A DNA stretch of 64,000 nt from positions 124,001 through 188,000 of the forward strand of contig JAQGDQ010000360.1 of the NCBI GenBank assembly GCA_030141605.1, written 5' to 3'. The notes below the pieces were generated by a model. It saw nothing but the letters and a program-made list of their open reading frames with translations, did no database searches and was not told the DNA's origin. A program made the position numbers and the translations under genes. The first letter of the stretch is position 1. Each line of letters opens with the position of its first letter. Positions 12,701 to 24,576 of this stretch are shown here, piece after piece. This stretch comes from Tubiluchus corallicola. Lineage: Eukaryota > Animalia > Priapulida.

Positions 12701-14899
12701 GATTAGACAAACTCAATTTCGGAATAAGCAACATCATTTTCGGAATAAACAAGTTCAAATTCGCTATATATTATTGATTCATTAGTATTAACTCAGTCAC
12801 AAGAATATGATGTTTCGATGATGTTTCGATAGGATCTTTGTACTGCAGTAATCTAAAACGCAACAATCAACATCAAATTCGTTTTAACTAATGTCAGATT
12901 CATATGCTGCAGTACAAAGATCCTATCGAAACATAACATGCCTGTGATTGAATCAATAGCAATGAATCATTAATATACAGCGAATTTGAAATTGTTTGTT
13001 CTGAAAATAATGTTGGTTATTTCGAAAGTGAGTTTGTTTAATCGAATTTGAAATAGTTTTATTCTCAAAATGACATCATAATTACGAATTAGTTTGATAG
13101 TTCCGAGTCTGACGTTATAATGTTGTAAAGGTACAGTTTATTTTATTAATTCCAGTAGTGAAGCAGTGCTGTACAATATGATGACGTCAAATGCAAAATC
13201 TTCTTATTGTTGCCACGAGCTGTACGGTTATGACATCTTAATGGACGACAACCTGAAATTATGGCTTCTGGAAGTTAATGAGCTTCCTGGGTAAGGACAT
13301 GCCATGTTCGTTAAACTGGATGAAGATGTAGCATGATACCACGAGATTTTGAGTTCGAATGCTGCTCGTTATTAACGAAGCTTATAATTCTTAGCACTTT
13401 CGTCCTTTCATTAATTAACTGTTAGGTTATTTGCTGACTACATAATTACAAAGCATACACTTATCAAGCCTGCTTTACAGTAAAATTTATATATAAAACG
13501 TCACAATTACATAATAAATGATAATGTTGCTGGTGTTTTTTCAGTATAGCATATGATGACAGTTATGTAATGCTGCAAGATTATCTTAATTTAGCTGGAT
13601 ATCGTATTCCAAAAAAGTCGATTCTATTGCAGTCATCATCATCATTTCCAGTGACAAATAAAAGGTAGATGTCTTTTTCTTTTCTTTCTTTTGTTTTTTC
13701 TTTCTATTACATACAGTTACTAATGCTGTTTTTGATATGCTGTTTTAGTACTTTAAGATGAAAACAATTGACTCTCATAATAACTGATTTCAATTATTAT
13801 GAGAATAGATAATATAATGCCCTAAAACAGCATATCAAAAACAGCATTAGCAACTGTTTTGTAACACAAATGTTTTATATATTTGTTTGTACATACATAC
13901 ATACATACACATATACATACATACATGTATGTATATCATCTTTATTTGCTCATGAATTCAGGAATTACATGGTACACATAAAAATAAAAAAGAACACTGT
14001 AAAATATTTAAAATAAAAATATATTATCTAATTTTGTATCTAATTTTTAGAGCAACATTGAAATATTCTGAAGATTTAGTTGGACCTCACATAGCACAGT
14101 TTCTAGGTGAATCAGACCTGTTGCCATTCGAGAAAGAAAAACGAACATATTTCACCACTAATGCAACAGAAGAGGCAAGATGATATGAAATCTTGATTCT
14201 AATTGAATAACAATTTATGGCTTCCATAGTAAAAAGACTTTTATTATTTTTCTTTTACCACTGATATTGTTACTAAAATGATAAAGAAACAATCAATGAC
14301 AACTGTACATTAAAATTTGGTGCACACGTCTTGTGTAACAACTCTCCAATTCTCTTTCAATGAGAATTTTATTCCTAGCGTCTCTAGATATAATAATATG
14401 TTTAATTAGCTGAAATGTGTATTATTATTTGTGCAGGAAATTTTAGCTCATATTCTTGATGATTTAACACCAGCTGATGTACGTGAACTAGTAGAAGCAG
14501 AAGACGAGCATCATCGACGTGGAAGCTTCCAGAGAATCTTTCCTAGTCCAACATCCCATAAATATTTTAAATATTTTGAGAAAAGACGTTATAGTAACTT
14601 GTTACTAGATGCTTGGACGAGGAGATACCATAATGATCCGGAGAAAGGTAACATTTGTGTTAAACATTCATTCAATTTTAATGTTGTTGTTGTCGTTGTT
14701 ATTATTATTATTATTATCATTGTTATTATTATAATTATTATTATTATTATTGTTGTTGTTGTTGTTGTGATTGTTGTTGTTATTATCACTATCGTTATTA
14801 TTATTATTATGACATCTTTTAATTTTTGTTTTTTTAGGCTGGCTTGTGCTGGAAGAACTTTGTAAACAAAAATTGCATTTACAAACAAATACAGCGTAA
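638..14899 (+). CDS. TTLL4-like tubulin-tyrosine-ligase family (ATP-grasp) protein, copy 1; 14 exons, ~571 aa
   Basis: Hand-spliced exons 638-704, 2578-2745, 6012-6131, 7009-7091, 7452-7649, 8538-8617, 9312-9443, 10113-10229, 11464-11562, 13156-13290, 13545-13664, 14051-14174 (GC donor), 14437-14647, 14838-14899. Phases are consistent and give a 1716-nt ORF. Motifs match TTLL4: [101 protein letters not shown]. Exon 1 is the least certain. Confidence 0.88.
1999..2331. mobile_element. solo LTR (Gypsy-like) in intron 1 of TTLL copy 1
   Basis: TGTAACG...CGTAACA termini with a 4-bp ATAT target-site duplication (1995-1998 and 2332-2335). Empty site in the other arm (~61935). Confidence 0.75.
3458..3815. 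repeat. 44-bp minisatellite, ~8 copies
   Basis: Unit AATTTGTTAAGCGATACACGTACAGTCTGTTAACTTGAGTACTC repeated head-to-tail; contains the palindrome TTGAGTACTCAA. Confidence 0.95.
4433..4536 (-). pseudogene. 5S rRNA-derived sequence with an internal deletion (pseudogene or SINE3 head)
   Basis: Reverse complement CTACGGCCAAATCACGTTGAAAACACCGGTTCTCGTCTGATCACCGAAGTTAAGC...GCCTGGTTAGTACTTGG^AATACCAGGTGCTGTAGGCTT matches metazoan 5S but lacks roughly 18-20 nt spanning box C. Confidence 0.85.
6706..6815. repeat. (GT)n microsatellite
   Basis: Direct reading. Confidence 0.95.
8140..8215 (-). repeat. tRNA-derived (SINE-like) fragment in TTLL intron 5
   Basis: Reverse complement shows an anticodon-like stem-loop TCTGC-TCTGTAA-GCAGA and a T-arm-like GGTTCAAATC; no complete cloverleaf. 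Also at ~39527-39603, and deleted in copy 2. Confidence 0.4.
8902..8928 (-). mobile_element. remnant 5' end of a BEL-family LTR
   Basis: Reverse complement AGTGG|TGTCAAGGATTTTTGTTTGTTAAATTT matches the start of the BEL LTR at 29736. Same insertion site as the solo LTR at 55770. Confidence 0.7.
12655..13092. repeat. long inverted repeat (foldback) in TTLL intron 9
   Basis: Arm ~12655-12850 is the reverse complement of ~12907-13092 (e.g. GTTTCGATAGGATCTTTGTACTGCAG vs CTGCAGTACAAAGATCCTATCGAAAC). Also present at ~50540-50960. Confidence 0.75.
13714..13856. mobile_element. short MITE with ~33-bp terminal inverted repeats
   Basis: CAGTTACTAATGCTGTTTTTGATATGCTGTTTTAG...CTAAAACAGCATATCAAAAACAGCATTAGCAACTG. 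Also at ~49773-49916. Confidence 0.65.
14683..14810. repeat. (ATT/GTT)n microsatellite in the last TTLL intron
   Basis: Direct reading; explains the poly-Ile/Val ORFs in the track. Confidence 0.95.
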
Positions 14900-16409
14900 C
14901 AATAATAGAATTATAAAAACATTCTGTTTTTATTTTAATAAAATTGAATAAAATTAATTAAAGAAAGCAAAAAGAAAAATTGACCTACCTGTATAGCATG
15001 TGCTTGTAACTTCTTCTGCAGTCAATTATAGTCTTTCTTTAACTTATTGTATTTCAAACCAGTGATGTTTAGCTACAATTTTGTTTCTTTGATGTTCTTA
15101 CTTTGGTACATGCTGTTATTTTATCTACTACATTCGGCTGATGAGGTCTGCTAAGGCAAAAGCTACTGAATAAATATTATAATCTTTGAGGCTATAATGG
15201 GCATTACGTTTTTTTCTGTCAAATATAACTTGTATATCTTTAATAACCTGAAACCTGGGTACTACAGAGCTAGTAAATGACTGTATTTTTATGGTTTGAA
15301 ACATGTAACGTCTACAAGCCGAAGTAAATAATAAAACAAAATTAAATTAATTTGTAAAATTTGAAAATGAAATTTGACTTTACATGAGCTTTTGTAATAT
15401 TCAAAGTGTTGTGATTAGTGTTGTTCAAAACAATTTACTGTAATTTCATTTATTTTGTAAGCAAGTTTGAAAAGACGAATTTTTTAAGTTTTTTATGAGG
15501 AGTACTTCTTGCACTTTAATGATGGACGCCTGTAAAACACATACGTTTTAAACTGACACTAAGACCTTTAACCCCAGATGATGACATTTTACCGTTTTTA
15601 CAAGTTTGAACGACGGAGCATTATTTGAAGAAATGACCTTAAAATTTCCTACATTAGTGTTTTCTTTTGTTTAATTCCATTGATTGCTCTGTTTTTGTTT
15701 GCAATTAGGTGACTTTGAAATAATTTATTTTTCAACTTTATTCACGAGTTTGTTGTTAATTACACAGTGTTTGATTCGCTGTAACGTTTGTTTAAACCAG
15801 CTAATCAAATCTTTCTTTTATCGAGTAGACGCCATATACATTTGGTGTAAGCCTCCTCGTTGTTACAAGTTTTGAACCAATTTATTTGAGTAGGTAAGTT
15901 TATAGAATAATAGTGACAAATATTACAAAATATTTGAGATTATCCAGGTTGTGTTATGTAGCCGGGTTGTGATATTGGAACAGAATATGTGTTACCAGTC
16001 AAACGTGTAAATACTGCATAATATTGTTGTAACGAAGGGAGCGGGAAAACTGAAAAAATACATTTTTGTTTTTTTTAATTATAATTCTGTAGCATGTTTA
16101 ATGTATAGCATATAGTAGTTTGTTCCACCCATCTCAAGCAATACGCATGACAAAGTGATAACAAAAAATACAACAAATATCATTGCTTGGGATGCATAGT
16201 AGTCAGAAGACGAAGCTCGTAAGCCTACACTGATAGTGGAATTATGTTTGGGGTGATGTTTGGATGAAGGATTAGAAGAATGAAAGATGGGTGAAGTGGT
16301 GAAGGATTGGTGGCGGATGACATGATAACAACAATGCCATGCTACAATTATCACTAAGCTTGTAAATTTAAGAAGACTTACACTAGAGTAAAATTCGGCC
16401 TGCATGTAC

Positions 16410-16839
16410 TAGGGGTGAGCATCGAACGTTCGAGTTCGAACGTTCGAATCGAATTCAATTCGATTCGAACGAGTTTTTTAGTTCGAACTCGATTCGAATC
16501 CAAATCTATAGATTCGAATAATTCAGCACTTCAATCACATATGTTCTTTATCACTAAAACGATTGAAACATCATGCAATTAGCGTGATTTAGCTGTAATT
16601 TCTGTGCACAATTTTATACCAATTACTAGTCGTTTTATTGTAGAACAAAATCTAGTAACATGCATGATTTTTGTAAGACTAATTTTTACTGGTGGTTCGA
16701 AAACTAGTTCGAAAATCTTTCAATCTGAATTCGAATTCGCTTCGAATTCGAAACACTGAAGTTCGGTTCGATTCGAATTCGAAAGTCATAAATTCGGTTT
16801 GATTCGAATTCGCTTTCTGGTAGAGAATGCTCACCCCTA
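16410..16839. mobile_element. hAT-type MITE rich in TTCGAA/GAATTC, copy 1
   Basis: TIR TAGGGGTGAGCAT...ATGCTCACCCCTA with a perfect 8-bp TSD GCATGTAC (16402-16409 and 16840-16847). Confidence 0.9.
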
Positions 16840-17779
16840 GCATGTACTGTAAGTGACAACTGCAGAAGAAAGAATGCTGGGCGCAAATGTGTACTTAGTC
16901 AAGGTATGTATTATATAAATCATTCTTTATTTGCGTTTTAAGTTTTCCAGTAAGGTTGGGAGAGCAAGCTTGGTTCAAAACTCACTTTCGCCATCATTAT
17001 CTGAGTTGGCTAGTTATTGGTTCTTCTTTGTGCTTAGCCATGAAAAAATTGGGTTAAAATATGTCGAGAAAAGGTCAAAGGTTAAAGGACAAGAAATGGG
17101 GTACCTGAAATAGGTTTAAGAAAAATCGCCGTTAAAAATTATATTACTTTATAGCATTTTTATGCGTATATCTTACTCGCGCTGAAAGGAATTTTAGTTT
17201 GTTTTCCTTTTAAATCTCCCGCAATGCTGTTCCGAAGTCGCCATTACATGACATCATGTACCAAACGTAAGTCAAGGGAAGAAAAGGAAATGTTAAATTA
17301 TGTTTCAAAAGACTTTCCGTGCAAATCTATATTTCCTAGATTTTCGCTTACCTGCTAGAAAGACTTATGTAACTAGAAAAGAAAATTATTAATTATTTAA
17401 AATGTTTTCACCAATTTGTAAAATGTCGCAGACTCACCCTCCAGGGTGCACCACTCACTAACCAAAAAACATATTTTTAATCTTATTGACAAGATACAGC
17501 AATTTTAAATTTTAATTAGTTAGTGACTTGTGCGCTACGAATGCTCTGATTATTTTTCCAAACTTTACAAAATGTTATCTAAACTTGTTTCAAATGACCT
17601 GTCGTGAAAATGGCTGCGTCTAACGGTCTAATGTTTATGTTTTATACAGCGTCTAATGTTTTAAACAGCGTGACTACGGATTGAAGTCCTGCATGCAAAA
17701 ATGCAGTATACAAGCGATAAAAAAATTTCGAAACGAATTTTTCAAGCTTTATGTTTATGAAGGGTTTTCTTGTGCTTTA

Positions 17780-18119
17780 AATGTACCAGGTAACGCATTT
17801 ATGTACACTTGACAACGCCTCGCAGCCCATGTTACTGTAATAGCAACCGCTTTAACAGCTTGCTAGAACCTTAACTAGTTCATTTTTTCTTGTTCCCAAG
17901 CAAGATCCTGCTAGTAAATCACTCTGTGCACAGACTAATGTATAGTTAAGTAAAGTCCAAGCAAAAAACAACTAACGCTACTGAACAGAAATGGTACTGA
18001 ACATCATCTTTGCTTTACACACATGTCACGTGACGGTTGCAGTAAATCATTGCTATGGTACACTTAACCTTTGACCTACAACAACTACAAATACTCAACG
18101 AAACTGTGAAAAGGCTTAC
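17780..18119. repeat. dispersed repeat related to the MITE at 58150-58533
   Basis: Shared blocks TGTACCAGG..GTACACTTGA..CAGCCCATG, CAGACTAATG..AGTTAAGTAAAGTCCAAGC and the terminus AACTG(T/C)GAAAAGGCTTA. Confidence 0.65.
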
Positions 18120-18594
18120 CATGCATTTATTTAAGCAAAAAGTAGTAGCTTTACAAATATCAACATATTGCTAAGATCAGAGTCTGCTGACTTATGAAGA
18201 CAATTAAAAACGAATCTTAAAATCACAGACCTTACATGCAAAATAAGCGACTTAAGCAGCTTAAAAACAAGTTAGTGCTACCAAGATGAATCAATGCAGA
18301 AATAATGACAAATCATAACTAGACACTACCGAAAACTGTCAACAACAAAATAACAGAGCCTAACTGCAAATCAGACAACTATGTGGGACAAGAAGCCAAT
18401 AGCAACGACAACTAAAATCAGAAAGATGGACAATTCTCAGACTAGTCCGTGTGTAGTGTCCCCTGGAAATCGTAACTTCAGAAGCTCCGTATCTAGGACA
18501 AGCAGGTGACACCACAAATCCGGTGCGAATACAACGCCCTCAAAGTGGCAAAATATCCAGTAAGGCATCTAAAACTATTCGAAACGAATTTTAA

Positions 18595-18650
18595 TCCCAG
18601 CAATCACCCATCCATTTATTAGACAGGCTTGGTGTTGCTTAACTTTTGGT
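18595..18650 (-). repeat. degenerate 5S-derived fragment
   Basis: Reverse complement AAGTTAAGCAACACCAAGCCTGTCTAATAAATGGATGGGTGATTGCTGGGA resembles the 5S box A to box C region. Confidence 0.5.
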
Positions 18651-18669
18651 TACTAAGTACACCCAGTTT

Positions 18670-18975
18670 TTCTTCAAGGTCTTATTCCATTTAATATATA
18701 CACTGAAGCATCAACATTTATTAGAGTATTCCTAGCCCACTCCTAGCTGCAGCTAATAGCGTATTTTCTTCTCCTAAAGATAGATTTGATTGAAGTTGTT
18801 GTGCATCTTTACTTATCTTAGCTATCCTCGTTATTTTTTGTTTGCCAGGCGGTTTTTTGCAAGATCTTAAGGCTTCTTTTAAGGCGATTCATACGGTTAT
18901 TTCACTTGGTAATCTTAGAAGGTGCCCTAGCCATTTTAATCTTCAGTTTTGACTTTTGTACTCCAAGGAATTTCT
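18670..18975 (-). mobile_element. RTE-like LINE 3' fragment
   Basis: Inverted homolog of 28870-29180; degenerate W..KVK..RLKWLGHL coding remnant. Confidence 0.55.
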
Positions 18976-19256
18976 TTCATTCTAAGCAAACAAACACTGA
19001 CTATAAAATAGAATTTAAAAATGGACGTTTCCTGTTGTAGATCTGACAAAAGCACTGACTCAAGATGAACAAGAAGCTATTTTTGTTGATAGTTGTTCTC
19101 ACCACAATTTCAATTGTCCGATGCTGCATCAATTTCTGCGATGACCCCATGTTTGAGTATACATCAGCGTGTCCTAAGGGCCGGCAGAGGAAACGTCGGG
19201 ATGGTAAGTAGATCTACAGTTAATATGAAAAACTATCACGTAGAATCGCCTGCCAA

Positions 19257-19620
19257 AGTTTACAATTCCGCACAAACGATAAATTACTTTGCGAAGCAGA
19301 TTAGGGTTAGAGTTAGGGTTAGATTAGTGTTAGAGATAAAGTTGGATTAGGGATAAGAGATAGGGTTGGATTAAGCTTAGGATTGGAGTTAGTGTTAGGG
19401 TCAGGATTAGGATTAGGGTTAGGGTTGGGGTCAGGGTTATGGTTAGGGTTGTATTAGGGTTACGGTTAGGTTTGGGTTAGGATGAGGCTGGATTAAGTTT
19501 AGGGTTAGGCTTACAGTTGGATTATGCCTAGGGTTAGGGATTGTGGTTAGGGTGAATGTTGGATTATGATAAGGGTAGGTTAGAATTATGGTATTTAAAT
19601 TATGTTGGGAATTGTAAACT
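19257..19620. repeat. degenerate interstitial (TTAGGG)n tract bounded by 13-bp inverted repeats
   Basis: About 300 bp of TTAGGG variants; AGTTTACAATTCC (19257-19269) and GGAATTGTAAACT (19608-19620). Confidence 0.75.
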
Positions 19621-19789
19621 CATCCCGAATTACCTCTCCACAGTGATATTAGCGGCAAGATAATGAGAAATAATGGAGCGTTCAGCATCCAGAAAATGCA
19701 GCCAAGTTTGTGTCACACTGTCACCTCATTCATTACTCGAATTTCGAATTGTAATTAATGATAAACATAACTGGTGTTGCAGAAGCAGC

Positions 19790-21445
19790 CAGACTAAAAA
19801 TTTAATGACCGTCTCTTGAAGACTGTTTCAAATTTAGTCGACGTTTGAATAAACATAGACACATATTCATGTAAATAATACTTATCATTTGTATCAGTTT
19901 CAACAATGCTAAAATCATTTTGTTTCAAGTAATACTACTAAATGATAACCAGGAGATTATGCACAAAATTTTTATAACACTTTTATAATAGTGATACTTT
20001 TTCTTTTCTGCATTTCACTGAACATTCATTATCTCATTGAACAAGTTCTGTACCAATTCATTCATGGTTGACTAGTTTGATATATAGTACAATATAATTA
20101 ACTTAAATTTTCAGCCTTTATGTAATACATTATTAATTTTTTATATAAGAACATTATTCCTGTAAAAATGCTGGAGTAATTTCTTATTTTTAAATAAAAG
20201 TTATTCCACATTTCATGTGAGCAATAAATTTTTTTAAATACTTTCTTACAGCACCAGTAACTGTACAATTTGATTTTGTAAAACTAGAGAAACCAGACAA
20301 CGCTAGTAAGAAATGTTCAAGTAAGTCGTACATAATCATGCATTTTAATTTTTTTGTTCATTTTAAATAATGTTTAAGTTGCTGTTGGTAACATTTTATT
20401 ACAAACCATATCACCGTAAAAACCGCATTACACAAACTTACACCATCGAAGAAAATCTTTTGTCAGTTCTTATACTCCAAAAAAATAAAAAACTGCTGAA
20501 CGATATTAATATTTTTGTCTGTAAAATAGTTCTGGAAATGCCTGAGACTCTGTTAGCAATGCTGAAGTATAAAAAAGACCTGCCTAAAGTATATAAAGTT
20601 GAAAAAGCTTGTCAAATAAGGTCTTTTCAAGGCTTGTTTTATAATAAGGCCTGTCCAATCCTCAAAGCAACTTATTATACAATTACTATGCGCCATTAAT
20701 TCCACTCCTACAAGTACAACAGTAATGGTCCCTTCCAAAAGGTGCCCGTACGAATGATTTCTAAGCAATTTTTAAAATGCAGACTGATTAACATCCAGCG
20801 ACAGTGAAAAGAATGGGTGATTTTCGACAAAACGACGGATGTCATTCGTTAATTGGCCGGCTAGAAACAATGCGCGCGTCACTGGCGCGCATACTCGCGA
20901 AGATTTCCTACAAAAATCATTTGTTGCTATTCTTTGAACAAACCTACCTTTTATTAACCTAAATTAATCTATGGACCTTTTTTGTAGCTGTGGACGACAG
21001 CCCAATTTGTCACAAGTTGTGCACAGAAGATGGTTATTCTACTGGATTCTGCGATTGCAAACTTAACTGCTATTGCAAACGATGTTAGACCAAAAATTCA
21101 AAGACCGTCTTTCCAAGACAGTTTCAAATTCAACTCGAATCTTTGAATAAACGTAGACACATATTCATGTAAAGCAAACTGGTCATTTGTTTGAGTTTCA
21201 ATAATTCTAAAATTATTCTTCTTTTAGGTGATACTACTAAATGATAGTTAGCAAAATATGCTCACAATTTTGATGATATTTTTTGATAGTTATTCTTTTG
21301 CATTTCACTTAAGAATTTTTATCTTATTGAACAAGTTTTGAACCAATTTGTTCGGGGCTTGCGTAGTTTGATCTATAGCATAAATATAGATTATAGATCA
21401 AAGAATAATTAGATCAAACAATATAATTAGTTAATTTTTCAGGCT
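19790..21445. repeat. two diverged ~340-bp direct repeats (~19790-20120 and ~21087-21445)
   Basis: Shared AGAC.AAAAATT.AA.GACCGTCT...TTTGAATAAAC.TAGACACATATTCATGTAAA...TTGAACAAGTT blocks. Confidence 0.65.
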
Positions 21446-23043
21446 CTAAAATTCGTTACTCTCGTTCTACTGCACTGTGTTGGCAAAATGTCAATCACTT
21501 TGTTGAAATTTGTTCATGAATAACCGACGTAGTTTAATCTTGGATAATAAACAGAGGTAGAATGACTGCTAAGGTAAGAATATCCTCATATCTCAGTTTG
21601 CCGGACCTCACTTTTACGGATATCAGAAAAATCGGATAAAATCTGGACTGTTAAAAAAAGTTCCGCATACTACGGGCACAGTCTGTTGTTTCGCAAGCTG
21701 ACCGCTAGTTGGCAGGAGTCACTTTGTTTACATCATTACATCGGTGTAACCAAGCAGCGTGTAAGATGATAGTGCACAACAGCGAAGTAAGACGACATAA
21801 AAATAGTAAAATCTCAATTATGCGGAATTATTCGAGTCAATTGTGGACAGTTTTTATATATACCTTTTCATAGGAGCGGCCCGTACTAGGTGATTGATTC
21901 TGCATTACCGTGAGTCTAATACACGGCGCCACGGCGCATACCGTATTAGCTTAGTATCAACAAATTCGGACCGAAGTCTCCCCACTTTTGTCCGGCAAAC
22001 CAAGATATGAGTGTAGTTCAAATTCCTCAATATGCAGAATACAAGGTCAGTAAAACTAGACCCACATATTGTAACTTAAAGTGGATCTGAACTGGTGTTT
22101 GGGGATATACGAGAACAAAAAGGAACAATAAACAAGGTTCAGCTTTTGTTAATGTTGCTGTTTTAGTTTCGCAAACTTAAATAAACGAATATTACTTGCT
22201 ATACTGCACACGCTTCAGAAAAATTGCACGCCCGGGATAGTATTTGATAGTATAGTATCAAATAGATAGATTAGATTAGTTATACTAATTACATTAATTA
22301 TAACACTCAAATTACTTACTGCACAGAATTGCAGAAAAAAAACATTTTTCTCTTCTTATCTAAAGTTCTTATATATATTTATTTATATTTGCATAATATA
22401 AAATTGTGTAAAAGATAATTTAATATTTTAGTAAACAAAGGATATATATGTGTGCGTGTGTGTGTGTGTGTTGTGTGCATGCGTGCGTGCGTGCATATTC
22501 AAGTAAACAAAGCTCACTAGATCAAAAATAGAATTGTTGTAAAGGTTTTTATACTTCAGGCCAAAGATACCAATAAGCAATACATTTACACACTAATCAC
22601 GTTACTCAAAGTTCAGGTAGTAAGTTAGGGATAATTGACAGTAAGAACTCTTTCATGTATTAACGATTTTACGACAACAAGCAGAAAACTGGATGCAAAT
22701 TTCCGAACAAACAAAGCAAATGAGTCACGTGATTACTGGAAAAACCTGAGACTTTCACAAGCAAAACATTTTCACGGACGTCCTAGTATTGCATTACTCA
22801 CGCTTTCACAATAAAATACACACAATTAAAGCTGCAATTGGTTGTAACTTTGGTTTTGACAGCTTGACTTACATTGTGCTTTTAACATTTGCCTCTTGTC
22901 AATAAAGGGATCTGGACACCAAGCCTAAATTTATACAACCTAAATACAAACGGAAGTAGAGCTGTTTTACAATAAAATGAGTTTAAACTGAAAGTCGTGT
23001 TAATGAAATGCTAACTTCGTTGTTGGAGTTCTGAGTAGTTAAA

Positions 23044-24576
23044 ATGGCCAAAACAACACGTCCAGTGTTGCCAGCTATTGAAACTTATGTGTATTTTATT
23101 GGTTACATTGGAGCTGTTTTATACTCCTGCTACGAATGTTACATGGTAGCATATGAGCACAGAAATGAATTTCTGGAAACCGACTTCAGACCTGGCTGGG
23201 CGATTCTAGGTCATCGTAAGAAAGACATCTCAGATCGTGAATGGAGATTCTGGAGTGAGTGGTTTTGGCCAGTGTTACCATGGTACTGTAGTCACATTGT
23301 TGTTGGTCAAATTGTGAACATTTACCTTTTTGATCAAAGACACTATTTTTATTTAGTTCATTCACTTGCTGCTATGTGTTGGGTGTTTCCTATAATGGGT
23401 GTTTTGAATGTGCTTACTCATTGTTGCATCATGTATTTCGTGTCATTATCCAGAAAGCCAATCCTCTGCTGGGCTTGTAGTTTAACTTTGTTGACAACCA
23501 TAAACGTGCCAAAGTTCTACAAACTGCATGTACTTGTTTCTCATCTCAACCATAGACATCAGCTGCTCTCATTTACCACATCAACGTTTATGTTGAATCT
23601 CAGGTACACGAGTGCAGCTTTAGAGTTTTCGAAGAAGTCGGAGAGATCATCAAAAGTAGAGGATCTGGTTAAATTTTTGGCTTATTGCTTCTACCTGCCT
23701 CTTTATTTCACTGGACCACTTCTTACCTATGAATTATTTGAATCACAGGTGAACAAGTCATATATTTGGACGCCAGGGAGAGTGAAGTACGTGTTTTTGG
23801 AGTTTGTTCGAATCTTTTCTTGGATACTTGTGATAGAGTTTGTCCTTCACTTTTATTATTTTCATGCTTTGTCACAGGAGGTCACTTTAGTGAGAACTAT
23901 GGGACGATGGGCTCTTGTAGGGCTCGGATATACCCAAGGACAATTTTTCCACTTGAAATATATGGCATACTATGGTTTTCCAGCGTCTATTGCTTTAATA
24001 GATGGATTGGAAGCCCCACAACAACCAAAATGTATATCCCGCATACACCTGTATTCTAATATGTGGAAATACTTCGATCGTGGTTTGTACCATTATCTGA
24101 GACGATACATATATGTTCCTACCTGTGGCTCCCCTTGTGATGTTGCGCGGAAGTTTTTTGCATCAGCAGTATGTTTTTTGTACGTATTTTACTGGCACGG
24201 GATGCACAATCATCTGATCATGTGGTGCATCTTGAATTTTATGGGTGTGTCTTTAGAGAATACAGCTGCTACTGTCGTTTCGAAACAGCCCATGGAAAAA
24301 TGGATGGTTCAATACTTGACTCCTGTTCAGTATCGAAGACTGCTGGCAGCTGTATCTGCGTTACTTTTACCGGTGACTATTATGTCGAATTTTTACTTCT
24401 TCATGGGTGTTGCTATTGGAGACGTTTATATGGATAAGATGATACTACATGGTACGCCGCAATCCTATGCTCTTGTGTGGTTTGTAATGTATTGTAGTTG
24501 TCAGGTATCAATGGACATAGAAAGATGGGAAGAGAAGGTTGGCTGGTGGGATCGTGACAAGAAATTTGAGAATTAA
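23044..24576 (+). CDS. HHAT: MBOAT-family protein-cysteine N-palmitoyltransferase, HHAT/Rasp (Hedgehog acyltransferase)-like, uninterrupted 510-aa ORF
   Basis: Motifs D.SD.EW.FW, FYLPLYFTGPLLTY, GQFFHLKY..YG, MWKYFDRGLY, and FYWHG carrying the catalytic His; multi-pass hydrophobic pattern. Confidence 0.9.
   Translation: MAKTTRPVLPAIETYVYFIGYIGAVLYSCYECYMVAYEHRNEFLETDFRPGWAILGHRKKDISDREWRFWSEWFWPVLPWYCSHIVVGQIVNIYLFDQRHYFYLVHSLAAMCWVFPIMGVLNVLTHCCIMYFVSLSRKPILCWACSLTLLTTINVPKFYKLHVLVSHLNHRHQLLSFTTSTFMLNLRYTSAALEFSKKSERSSKVEDLVKFLAYCFYLPLYFTGPLLTYELFESQVNKSYIWTPGRVKYVFLEFVRIFSWILVIEFVLHFYYFHALSQEVTLVRTMGRWALVGLGYTQGQFFHLKYMAYYGFPASIALIDGLEAPQQPKCISRIHLYSNMWKYFDRGLYHYLRRYIYVPTCGSPCDVARKFFASAVCFLYVFYWHGMHNHLIMWCILNFMGVSLENTAATVVSKQPMEKWMVQYLTPVQYRRLLAAVSALLLPVTIMSNFYFFMGVAIGDVYMDKMILHGTPQSYALVWFVMYCSCQVSMDIERWEEKVGWWDRDKKFEN

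Noticed and set aside
19300-19600. True telomere or chromosome-fusion site
   Set aside because: The repeats are short, highly degenerate, in one orientation only, and enclosed by inverted repeats.
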